From an uncultured bacterium (lineage in GTDB: Bacteria > Patescibacteriota > Saccharimonadia > UBA4664), in contig CAVRET010000002.1 in assembly GCA_963720265.1 (NCBI GenBank), positions 878,069 to 942,068 of the forward strand: 64,000 bases of DNA. The letters are read 5' to 3'. The notes under the pieces are model-generated. The model was given only the letters and a program-made list of their open reading frames with translations, did no database searches and had not been told where the DNA came from. The translations under genes were made by a program, and so were the position numbers. This document shows, piece by piece, positions 37,545 through 46,236 of the stretch (positions within the stretch are counted from its first letter, which is position 1; each line of letters opens with the position of its first letter).

Positions 37545-38393
37545 TTACTGAGACGAAGCTAATCTGCTCGTTGCACGTGCCTCCATCTTGTCTCCGGTTA
37601 TTTCGGATGTATAGTACCGACCACTAAGCAAGTTCAAAACACCATCAAGAGATTTGGTAGTGTTTACGACCAATTTCCCACTTGTATTCGTTTCGACGCC
37701 ACACTCAGGATATCGCGTAGCGTATTGCCGTATTTTTTCTTGGGTTTCTTCGTCGTCTAGGTTAATTGATTCGTCTGCGAGAATTGCAGCGATACGGCGA
37801 GAGGCCCTCATACCGATTCGGCCTATGTCTAAGCCGTTGCTGTCAAATAGGCTATAGTTGGCAAATTTCTCCTTGTCCTCTCTTGTGGCTTCTTTGAAAA
37901 AGTCTTCGATCCCAGCAAATAATGTCCTGATTTTTGAGAAGTTTCTAAAATATAGTCGGCCATTCCCGTCATAATATGTATCTACTAAACCCGTGAACTC
38001 TATGGCATGTTCCTCTTTGTCCATCTTAGGGGTGCCACTAAAGTTCAAGAAACGCTTGTTTTCAATCCGGTATTTTCCTGTGATCTTCGTGAAGAGTATC
38101 TCATTATCACGGATTAGGAACACAACGTCGACTTCGTTATAGTCCTGCCGGCTAACTCGATTTTGGTCACCACTGCTCTCGGCGCTTTCGTAGTACGGGC
38201 CCATCATACTATTCTGCTGCTCGGTATCTAAGTCTACGTAATACCATTCATCTGCCTCAAGTCCCTGCTCCGGATCGAAGTTACGCAACCTAGTGAGGTC
38301 CTCCGGAGCTCGGTAAAAATTCAACTCGCTTATGTCATTGGCGTCGCTGAAAACAACTTTGAAGCTTTTAGATTTTAGCTTAGCAAGAAACAT
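37545..38393 (-). CDS. Kiwa-like anti-phage protein B (KwaB-like)
   Basis: 282 aa, soluble, LYFRNFSKIRTLF...FFKEAT and RYYTSEITG C-terminus; downstream of a KwaA-like gene. Confidence 0.65.
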   Translation of the reverse strand: MFLAKLKSKSFKVVFSDANDISELNFYRAPEDLTRLRNFDPEQGLEADEWYYVDLDTEQQNSMMGPYYESAESSGDQNRVSRQDYNEVDVVFLIRDNEILFTKITGKYRIENKRFLNFSGTPKMDKEEHAIEFTGLVDTYYDGNGRLYFRNFSKIRTLFAGIEDFFKEATREDKEKFANYSLFDSNGLDIGRIGMRASRRIAAILADESINLDDEETQEKIRQYATRYPECGVETNTSGKLVVNTTKSLDGVLNLLSGRYYTSEITGDKMEARATSRLASSQ

Positions 38394-38397
38394 TGCA

Positions 38398-38970
38398 CTA
38401 TTTTACCTCCAGGAAGGTGTATTCATTGATTCGGCGAAGCCCATTGAACTGCTGAGATTGCTTTAAATCTTGCCGTTTCGTTATCAATGTAAATGTGTTC
38501 TCCTGAGCAGTTTTAGCCTCATAGAACCTGAAGCCAAACAGAATCCAGATTGGGTTAAAATAAAACACTCTTTCGAAGTAGCCCCACAGAATGAGCAGGA
38601 CGGCGAGGACTACGAATGATTGTGCAATTTTGTCGTCCTTTAGACCGAGTGCAATTACGAAAAGTCCAATATATGTGGGCATTGCTGTACTTTCGATGGG
38701 TTTTATCTCCCGAACATCGAGCGTGTCGCCAGATTTGAATACGCTCGAGGCAATTTTCAGTGTAACCCAGGAAAATATAACGAAGATTACTGTTAGAAAA
38801 ACGATTTTGGCAACATAGCCCTCCCAGTTTGCCTGAAAACTGGGAGGCAATGACGCATAAGGGACATCAAACGGAGTCACAATCAGAAAAAAATAAATCA
38901 CGCCGAGGAACGAGCTCAAGGTGAGCAGGCGTTTTGTTAGCAATTCGATTAGAGCAAGTACAGTGCTCAC
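38398..38970 (-). CDS. Kiwa-like anti-phage membrane protein A (KwaA-like)
   Basis: About four TM helices, MPTYIG, YFNPIWILFGFRFYE. Confidence 0.7.
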   Translation of the reverse strand: MSTVLALIELLTKRLLTLSSFLGVIYFFLIVTPFDVPYASLPPSFQANWEGYVAKIVFLTVIFVIFSWVTLKIASSVFKSGDTLDVREIKPIESTAMPTYIGLFVIALGLKDDKIAQSFVVLAVLLILWGYFERVFYFNPIWILFGFRFYEAKTAQENTFTLITKRQDLKQSQQFNGLRRINEYTFLEVK

Positions 38971-39190
38971 CCCACCCTGCCCCTCTGCCTTGGTTCGATA
39001 TGCTTCTTCATTTCGCTACTATAAGGCATTTACCTCTCCCCTGTCTTCCCATCGTAAGGACAGCTCTGGGGCCATCAATGTCGTTCTGCCGTGGGGAGCT
39101 CCACATTGACGGCCAGCCCGCGCTGTCCTTGCCCTTGGGCCAGGGCGAGAGGTCGACTCGGCCGGAGTTAATAAGAAAGGAGTGTGTGAT

Positions 39191-39511
39191 ATGGAGACTC
39201 AAACAGAGCAACGGAAGATGATCGCGGAGTTAAATGATGCGTTTCGGCGCGGAGGGTTTGGTGTGACGGTGACGCAAGGAGTGAGGGCAATTGAGGACTT
39301 GCCGGGGTTGATGCGGGCGGTGAGGGCGTTTGATACGTTTACCGAGGATAACGATCCGTACGGTGAACACGATTTCGGCAGCATCGTTTGGCATGACGAG
39401 ACGGTGCTGTGGAAGGTAGATTACTACGACCGGGCGCTGAAAGGGGGTGAGAATCCGCTGTCACGGCATTGCCGGCGGGTGCTGACGGTGATGTTGGCCG
39501 AAGAGTATTAG
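39191..39511 (+). CDS. DUF3768 domain protein
   Basis: IAELNDAFRR...FDTFTEDNDPYGEHDFG...WKVDYYD...RVLTVMLAEEY; AAGGAG RBS. Confidence 0.88.
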   Translation: METQTEQRKMIAELNDAFRRGGFGVTVTQGVRAIEDLPGLMRAVRAFDTFTEDNDPYGEHDFGSIVWHDETVLWKVDYYDRALKGGENPLSRHCRRVLTVMLAEEY

Positions 39512-39549
39512 AGAAGGGCCCGGAGCTTACGAGGCTTCCGGGCCTTTTT
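39512..39549. terminator. Bidirectional terminator
   Basis: AGAAGGGCCCGGA...TCCGGGCCTTTTT between convergent genes. Confidence 0.6.
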
Positions 39550-39961
39550 CTTGGGTCGAAGGAAATTCCGCTATGCCGCCGCCGCCTTGCGCGACCAATA
39601 GCCTATTTGAACCCTCAAACGTCCACGCTTCGTAGCCTGAGGAAGAAATGTATATCTCGAGCTCATTCTTGTTGCCAAACGTGATTCTAACGTCACCAAG
39701 GGCCTCAATGATTGCAGTCGTCACTTTACCGCCAAGCAGCTTTTTTGCATCAACCGCTGCGTCAATTGGCTCAGGCATACCAAACTTCTGGCTATGATCC
39801 ATGTCGCAGAGCAATACTTGTCCATTGCCAGTTATGCGCCAAAACGATGCAACCCTAAATTGGTTTCCAGAATCAAACTTGAAAATCCAATCGCGCGTCT
39901 GCTCGCCGTATGTTATTACCTCCAGACTGGATCCGATAATTTCCGAGATTAGGCTCTTCAT
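39527..39961 (-). CDS. Hypothetical protein
   Basis: ATGA overlap with the Replic_Relax gene; WRI...GD....F...SSGYEAW pattern. Confidence 0.7.
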   Translation of the reverse strand: MKSLISEIIGSSLEVITYGEQTRDWIFKFDSGNQFRVASFWRITGNGQVLLCDMDHSQKFGMPEPIDAAVDAKKLLGGKVTTAIIEALGDVRITFGNKNELEIYISSSGYEAWTFEGSNRLLVAQGGGGIAEFPSTQEKGPEAS

Positions 39962-40713
39962 TGGCTAATTGTAGCAAATGCCGGGACCAACTGGCCGAGG
40001 GCTACCACCTTGAAATGGATGTCGTCCTCGAACGTATTCTCAAGCTCAGCGGCGGCAAATCGCTGGAGGCGACGGCGCAAGTTGTCGGATTCGCAGATCA
40101 GTAGCACGGTTGGCAGTTTGGTGTGGGTGGCCGCCTCCCACTCCCCTTCTTCGGCGTACTCAATGTACTCTTGGATGCGCTTTTTGTGCTGGAAGCTGGG
40201 AGTGGCCTCGAGGCAGATCTCGAGGAAGTACTGCCTTTCCTGGTTGCCCTTGCCGATACGGGAATAGGCGTCCGGGCGGGATTCGGGGAAGTCCTCATAA
40301 TGGTAGAGCTCTGCCTTGGTGAAGAATTCCAGTCGGTCACCGAAACGCCGTTCGAGCTCAACGTTAGCGTCCCCGGCCATCAGGCAGCGGCGGATGAAGG
40401 GCTCCTGGGCGTCTTTATCCTTGTACATGTTGTGCAGGACGGACTTGCTGACATCCGGGTCGAATTGTTTGAGGGCCTTCATGCCGGCCGGCAGCAGGTA
40501 GTACGAAGCGGGAAGTCCAGCAAGCCTTTGGGATCCGTCGTAGTTGCGGCCGATAAGACCTTTCTCAACTAACGAGTTTAGTCTTGGCTGGACATTGCTG
40601 ATGTGTTTGATCCCTAAGGCTTGCTGGACGTGTTTGGTACTGATGAACCGGAATCGGTAGATTAGGGTGAGGATTGTTTGTTGTTGTTTTGTGAGTGGTT
40701 GTGTTTTGTTCAT
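39958..40713 (-). CDS. Replication-relaxation (Replic_Relax) family protein
   Basis: LTKQQQTILTLIYRFRF wHTH, RPDAY...YFLEI, LPTVLLI; downstream of VirD4. Confidence 0.85.
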   Translation of the reverse strand: MNKTQPLTKQQQTILTLIYRFRFISTKHVQQALGIKHISNVQPRLNSLVEKGLIGRNYDGSQRLAGLPASYYLLPAGMKALKQFDPDVSKSVLHNMYKDKDAQEPFIRRCLMAGDANVELERRFGDRLEFFTKAELYHYEDFPESRPDAYSRIGKGNQERQYFLEICLEATPSFQHKKRIQEYIEYAEEGEWEAATHTKLPTVLLICESDNLRRRLQRFAAAELENTFEDDIHFKVVALGQLVPAFATISQ

Positions 40714-40807
40714 AGCGAATGCGCATATACGTAAGTATATAGGAGGGAGACTGTTTTGGTGCCTTCACATCTGGCGCAGGATAGCATAAAAGCATAAACC
40801 GATTTAT

Positions 40808-43432
40808 TCACTTGGCCACCTTGTGCTTCTTCTGCGGCCGGCGGTCTTCGGGTTTGCGGTCCGGGTCTTTTTCGGCCGGTTTGTCCTTGGGCTGCGAGGA
40901 TGGCTGACTAGTTGATGGGGGTGCCGGCTTGCGGCTGTAGTGCTCACGCGAGTAATCGACTACGCGCCGCGCCACTGAGTCACTCCCCTCTTCCGGCGGC
41001 AGGATAGTTTCGCCCGAGAATGGTTCCTGGGTCTTGATACCGGCGATGCGCATGTAGAAGTTGTACGCCGGGAGGTTTGCGATCTCGCCGGCATCGATGT
41101 AGGGCGCGAAGAACGGCAGCAGGAGCTTCTCGTCGGCCGGGTTGCCGGTACGGAAGCAGACGAGCGTGCCGACGTTGGCCAGGATGACCTGTACCATGAG
41201 CTGGTCTTTTTGCTGGGAGGTGGATTGCTCGGCCAGAGTCATGTATAGGCGGTACTTTCTGGCTTCGGATAGCATTTGGACAAACGAGGCGGTGGCGAAA
41301 TTCTGGAACTCGTCAACATACAGATAGAATGGCCGGCGGTCTTCTTGAAGAATTCGGGCGCGGCGGAGTGCTGCCATTTGCAGTTTGGCCAATACAGTTA
41401 TTCCGAAAAGCTCGGAAGTATCTTCACCTAGCAAGCCTTTGGAGAAGTTGCAGACCAGGACTTTGCCGGAATTCATGATGTCGTCGAAGTCGATGGTGGA
41501 TTTGGGCTGTTCGAGGATGCGCTTGGCGGAGGCCGAGAACAAGAAGCGGCCGATCTTGGCGGTGATGCCGGCGGCCATCTTGACTCGCTGGAAGTTGCCG
41601 GCCTTGCCTAGCTCGTTTTGCCAGAAGTTTTTAAGGTCTTTATCTTGGAGCTTGGAGACGACTTGCTTGCGGTACCTGGGATCGTTCAGGAGGTCAAAGA
41701 CCGTGAACAGGGTTGCGCCCTGCTGGGTTAGCGCCGTCTGGACGGCGTTTCGGAGCACATATTCAATCCGGTGGCCGCCTTCGTCTTCTTCCGAGAAGAT
41801 TTTGCGGAATACGGATATGGTCGCTTCCGTCACCAGGTCCTTTTCGCGCAAGAGTTCATCGTCCGTTAAGCCCTCCCGCAGCTCAAGTAGATTGAGGCCG
41901 ATAGGGTGGCCGAGGTCGTCGGGGCTGAAATATATAACGTCTTTTACTCGCTCTTCCGGGATATGGCTGATGAGCGTTTCCGCCGCATCGCCGTGCGGGT
42001 CGATGAACGCAAAGCCCTTCCCCTTATGAGCATCCTGAATCATGGCCCCAAGCATCAAGGTGGTTTTACCGTTACCGGTACCGCCGATGATGTAGGCATG
42101 CCGCTCGCGATCTTTGGCGGTGAGGCCAATTTCGGTGGCGGTTCCATGATGGTGGTTAACCCCTATCGGTATGACGAATTCGTTGGCATCGGCATACTGC
42201 TTAAGGAGGAGAGGCGCGGGAAGCGTTCTGCTATGTGACTTAACCAAATTTTCGGTCTGAGAGCTATCGGCATACGGGAAGTGGTAAAGGTCTCCCATTT
42301 CTGACGCCGCCAGCACGCTAGAACGCCACATTAGAATTGACGGCAGACGGTGCCGGAATTTGAACAAACTGTATCTTTGCCAAAGTCTGCGGGGAAATGT
42401 CCGACCAACTCCAAGGCTCTGGTAACCCGGCATCCTCAGCGGGGCCAGTGACGCGTAGAGCGCGGCGATCTTCTTGTACCGGCTGTACTGGCTCGATGCG
42501 GCAACATAGCCCCTGATATCTGCCCGAAAAAGATCATGCCCTAGCTTTTCAAGCATCCTGTCGTGTATGCGCTGCTGGGCGGCAGTTCTTTCGTCGTTGG
42601 CTGCTGATTTCTGGCTGGGACGAGGTGATGGAAGGTCCATACCCGCTACCGCTGCGATCAGGCCTACAATGAAGGCTAGGAATAGAAATGCAGCTAGCAG
42701 TGCCAAGCCAACGGCAACTAGCACAATGAGCAGCGTAGTAGCGAGGAAGTAACGCCTGAACTTATGCTCTAGGAGCGGGCTCGATCCTCTGAGCAGCTTT
42801 TTATGAACCTTACGGGCCTCCCGGCCGAAGTACGGCGTGAGCACCACCTGAAGCGCCACGGTCTCGCCTGGTTCTAGTTTGGTCATGGCGCCGGCGATGT
42901 AAGCTATTGGGTCATGCTGGCCGAGCGAGTCTTGGGCGTTCAGTGGGTGCGCAAAGTGACGATTTTGGCTGTACTCGAGCACCCGGACATACGGCGCAGC
43001 CTGATCCGATACGCTGTACGGAGGCTCTTTTACCACCTGAAAGCGTGCGTTGGGGAGGTAGGCTGCCAAGCTCTGCTGCAATACAGCAATGTCTGCCTGG
43101 TGAACTTGAATCAAGTAACGGATGCCGTGCTCTCGGGTGGACAGTACTTCAAGTGAGACTATCTGGCTGCGATTCAAGAGTCGGTCGCGCCAGGATCGCC
43201 ACGAAGTGATGCTATGCAGTACGGCGAACAAGTGTTTCGTTGCAAGCGGGCTTTTATCTGAGAAGGCCGGCGGCGTAACTTCGAGGAAGACTAGATTTCG
43301 CTGAAGATTGCGCCGGAGATTGAGTAGGCGGATCGCTAGGTCGAGCAGGATGAAGAATACAAGCAAAACGACCGCCACCAGTAGCCAGTGGCGCAAGAGT
43401 AGCTCTCGCAAAAGCTCGATATTCCGCTGCAT
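40808..43432 (-). CDS. VirD4/TraG-like type IV coupling ATPase
   Basis: HAYIIGGTGNGKT, IDPHGD, YVDEFQNF, SEARKY; N-terminal TM segments. Confidence 0.92.
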   Translation of the reverse strand: MQRNIELLRELLLRHWLLVAVVLLVFFILLDLAIRLLNLRRNLQRNLVFLEVTPPAFSDKSPLATKHLFAVLHSITSWRSWRDRLLNRSQIVSLEVLSTREHGIRYLIQVHQADIAVLQQSLAAYLPNARFQVVKEPPYSVSDQAAPYVRVLEYSQNRHFAHPLNAQDSLGQHDPIAYIAGAMTKLEPGETVALQVVLTPYFGREARKVHKKLLRGSSPLLEHKFRRYFLATTLLIVLVAVGLALLAAFLFLAFIVGLIAAVAGMDLPSPRPSQKSAANDERTAAQQRIHDRMLEKLGHDLFRADIRGYVAASSQYSRYKKIAALYASLAPLRMPGYQSLGVGRTFPRRLWQRYSLFKFRHRLPSILMWRSSVLAASEMGDLYHFPYADSSQTENLVKSHSRTLPAPLLLKQYADANEFVIPIGVNHHHGTATEIGLTAKDRERHAYIIGGTGNGKTTLMLGAMIQDAHKGKGFAFIDPHGDAAETLISHIPEERVKDVIYFSPDDLGHPIGLNLLELREGLTDDELLREKDLVTEATISVFRKIFSEEDEGGHRIEYVLRNAVQTALTQQGATLFTVFDLLNDPRYRKQVVSKLQDKDLKNFWQNELGKAGNFQRVKMAAGITAKIGRFLFSASAKRILEQPKSTIDFDDIMNSGKVLVCNFSKGLLGEDTSELFGITVLAKLQMAALRRARILQEDRRPFYLYVDEFQNFATASFVQMLSEARKYRLYMTLAEQSTSQQKDQLMVQVILANVGTLVCFRTGNPADEKLLLPFFAPYIDAGEIANLPAYNFYMRIAGIKTQEPFSGETILPPEEGSDSVARRVVDYSREHYSRKPAPPSTSQPSSQPKDKPAEKDPDRKPEDRRPQKKHKVAK

Positions 43433-43530
43433 AATCGCAAAATCACCTTACAGATTTGTAGCACAATGCTAACGGATAGCGAACGCGACGACAAATATTA
43501 AAACTCACACCATGTATCCAGACACGAAGA

Positions 43531-43554
43531 TGGACCCTGGTTTCCCAGGGTCCA
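43531..43554 (-). terminator. Hairpin after 43596-44084
   Basis: TGGACCCTGG-TTTC-CCAGGGTCCA. Confidence 0.6.
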
Positions 43555-43595
43555 CTCGCTAGTGCTTGTTCCTTCTGTCCCTCCTGCCGCGGGGG

Positions 43596-44084
43596 CTAGG
43601 CCGCCTTGGTCGTGATGGCCGTCGCATCCCGGAAGATGAGGTCGTGGCACTCCGGGAAGTTGAAGCTCGACGGCCGGTCGTCGCGCATCATCCGGTAGAG
43701 CCGCTCCACCATCTCGGGCCAGTGCGGGAAGGCCCGCATGTACCGGGCAACCTCTTCGGCGAAGGGGTTGGAGGTGTGGCCGCTGTGCAGCATGACCAGG
43801 ACGGCGTTCGACGAGTAGCGGTGCGCGGCGGCCTGGGCGGCCGCGATGCCGGTGTAGCGCCGGCTGATGCGGCCCCGGGGGCCAACGTAGAGGTAAACGC
43901 CCCAATACTCGTCCAGCAGGGCGTTGATGATGGGGCGGGCGGCGCGGTAGTCGAACTCGCGCAGGCTCTTGCCGTGCTTGGTCATCAGGATCTTGAGGAT
44001 CTGCAGCCAGACATCGCGGCGGCCGTGCTGGATGACGGCCGGGCGGGCGATGTCGGAAGTGATCCATTCCGGGCTGTCGGCCAT
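43596..44084 (-). CDS. GC-rich hypothetical protein
   Basis: AGGAG RBS, TGCTATAAT promoter near 44170, own terminator. Confidence 0.65.
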   Translation of the reverse strand: MADSPEWITSDIARPAVIQHGRRDVWLQILKILMTKHGKSLREFDYRAARPIINALLDEYWGVYLYVGPRGRISRRYTGIAAAQAAAHRYSSNAVLVMLHSGHTSNPFAEEVARYMRAFPHWPEMVERLYRMMRDDRPSSFNFPECHDLIFRDATAITTKAA

Positions 44085-44391
44085 GGAGATCTCCTGTTTC
44101 TGCCGGGTCGAAGGGGTCGGGTTGTAAAGCGTTCTAGCAATGAGAATTACTAACTTCTCAGGAGTTAATTATAGCATAAATTGCCGCTTTACACAAGTCT
44201 CGGAGCAGGCTGGGCTTCGATGACTGAGTTTTTACGCGCGTTTTTTTTGATTGTAGAGCCATTTCTTGATTGGATAGCCACAATACTAAACCGAGGTGGG
44301 CATAGGAGACACTTGTGCCTACTGATTTTGTGACATCTGAGCAAATGCGATCATTCCAGTATATTTATGGCTCGCCCGCATCAACATACAC

Positions 44392-45825
44392 CTAAGGGGT
44401 TTTGACCCTTCGCTCAATCAGTAAGCCAATGCCTGATACCCTGAGGTGTAGGCCCAGGTTTGACATAATTACGCGCTTTTCTCCTGGCGAGCTGTTGATG
44501 TACAGTCGCACGATTGGGTTGGGCGCTTCAATCTCGGGCCTTGTGGTACCGTTAATGCCCTCGGCCTCATGAAGCCTTTGGAGCCGCTCTGCGAGTTGAG
44601 CCAACTGAGATTCGAGCTCTTGGGCCTTGCCCGCATAGCGGTCTTGGCTAATCTCTCCAGCCAGTTTCTCTTCGTAAAGCCTTTCTTGCATACGTTTGGT
44701 ACGTTGAACTTGGGCGTTAATGGATTCAACCACTTTTGCCCGGTACGCACCGACTGTCTCGGCCGGCCGGCTTTTTTCTATCGCCTGCTTGAGACCTGTG
44801 ATCACGGCTCCGTTTGAGTCATGGATCTTCTCAAGTAGGTCAATAACCTTTTGCTCAACCCGGTCTTCGCGCAAGCCCTTCCCACTACAAGCTGCCTTTG
44901 TGCGCTGGCAGTATCCATAATAGCGCCCTTTTTGCTTTTCCCAGCTAACCAGCCCGCCACAAGAGTCGCATCGAACCATGCCCTTAAAGACAGGGTCGTG
45001 TTTCCTGGACCTACTGAGGGACTTGCGGTGTAGTTTTGCCTGCACCTGATCAAATAGCTCTTGGCTTATGATTGGTTCCTGCGCGCCGGGATATTCCTTG
45101 CCATCGAGCCGGTTGATTCCGATGTAGAACGGGTTGCCCAACATCTTGGCCACAGCACTCTTTACATGCGGATGCCCATGCTTGGTAACAATGCCCATCG
45201 CGGCCATCTCCAATGTAATGGATTGGACGCTGTGATTGGGCGTCATGTATAGCTCGAATACACGCTGGACAAGGGCCATGGTTGCAGGATTGGGCACGTG
45301 AATGCGCTTGCCGGCTTCGGTGATGGTCATGTACCCCGGCGGCGGCGGAGCGGGCAGCCAACCTTGCGCAAGTTTTTCGGCCCATCCCTTCATGACTTCT
45401 TCCCGGAGATTGTCCGTGTACTTCTTGGCCAGGGCCAGATTGATACTCCACATAAACTTGGTGTCGGATCGAGACTTCTTTTGTAGGACTTGTCCCTCCT
45501 TTACCAGATGCAACGTGCGGCGCTCATCGCTTTCGAGCCAATCATCGATGCGAGCGGCGTCGCGGAGGTTGCGGGTAAGGCGGTCGGTTTTTTCTACCAC
45601 CAGGTGGAGGACTCTGTCCTTTGTAATTACCTTCAGCATCTCCTGGAACACGGTGCGTCGCAGTTGTTTGGAAGCGGTTTCAGTGATGCGGAATTCCCGA
45701 ACCACTGTAAGCTCTTTGGCGGCGCAATAGTCGCGAAGGAGTTTGATTTGTGAATCAAGGGAGTAGCCTTCGTCTTCTTGTGACTTACTCGAAACCCTAG
45801 CCAGAATGATGGCTTTTGTCTGCAT
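44392..45825 (-). CDS. Large serine recombinase (second, divergent)
   Basis: LARVSS, EKTDRL, PPPGY, CDSCGG zinc ribbon, coiled coil; AGGAGG RBS. Confidence 0.93.
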   Translation of the reverse strand: MQTKAIILARVSSKSQEDEGYSLDSQIKLLRDYCAAKELTVVREFRITETASKQLRRTVFQEMLKVITKDRVLHLVVEKTDRLTRNLRDAARIDDWLESDERRTLHLVKEGQVLQKKSRSDTKFMWSINLALAKKYTDNLREEVMKGWAEKLAQGWLPAPPPPGYMTITEAGKRIHVPNPATMALVQRVFELYMTPNHSVQSITLEMAAMGIVTKHGHPHVKSAVAKMLGNPFYIGINRLDGKEYPGAQEPIISQELFDQVQAKLHRKSLSRSRKHDPVFKGMVRCDSCGGLVSWEKQKGRYYGYCQRTKAACSGKGLREDRVEQKVIDLLEKIHDSNGAVITGLKQAIEKSRPAETVGAYRAKVVESINAQVQRTKRMQERLYEEKLAGEISQDRYAGKAQELESQLAQLAERLQRLHEAEGINGTTRPEIEAPNPIVRLYINSSPGEKRVIMSNLGLHLRVSGIGLLIERRVKTP

Positions 45826-45863
45826 GTATCCCTCCTATGTGGGTTATATTTTGTCTTTGACAC

Positions 45864-45898
45864 TATCAATATTTGGATATATTATCAATATATGGATA
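45864..45898. promoter_or_regulatory. Tandem operator-like sites in the divergent promoter between the recombinases
   Basis: TATCAATATTTGGATA (45864-45879) and TATCAATATATGGATA (45883-45898). Confidence 0.55.
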
Positions 45899-45908
45899 GC
45901 TCGGAGGG

Positions 45909-46235
45909 ATGAGCATGTTACAGCAACAGATGGAGCTACTGCCCACAGCGGGGACCGCATTAGCGTTAGTGCCGCCCGTCAGCGACAAGGCCCCGGCTCC
46001 GGTCGTCAAGGACCGCTCGCTTGAAGGCGCGATGATGCGAATTTTTCCTAAGAGTCAGGATGAAGCGCGACTGGAGCAGGCCCGCCGGATTATGGGCGAC
46101 GAGATTAATGCGCTTAGTGATGCGGAGCTGACCGAGCACTTGGCGCAGTTCCAGTACTTAATCGACCAGTGGCTTGATGAATTCGAGCGGCAAGCATTCG
46201 AGGGCCGGACGCTGCGGCAGATGATTGGGGGCTGA
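45909..46235 (+). CDS. Small hypothetical protein upstream of the recombinase (possible directionality factor)
   Basis: GGAGG RBS; acidic helical C-terminus; ends 1 nt before the recombinase ATG. Confidence 0.7.
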   Translation: MSMLQQQMELLPTAGTALALVPPVSDKAPAPVVKDRSLEGAMMRIFPKSQDEARLEQARRIMGDEINALSDAELTEHLAQFQYLIDQWLDEFERQAFEGRTLRQMIGG

Positions 46236-46236
46236 C

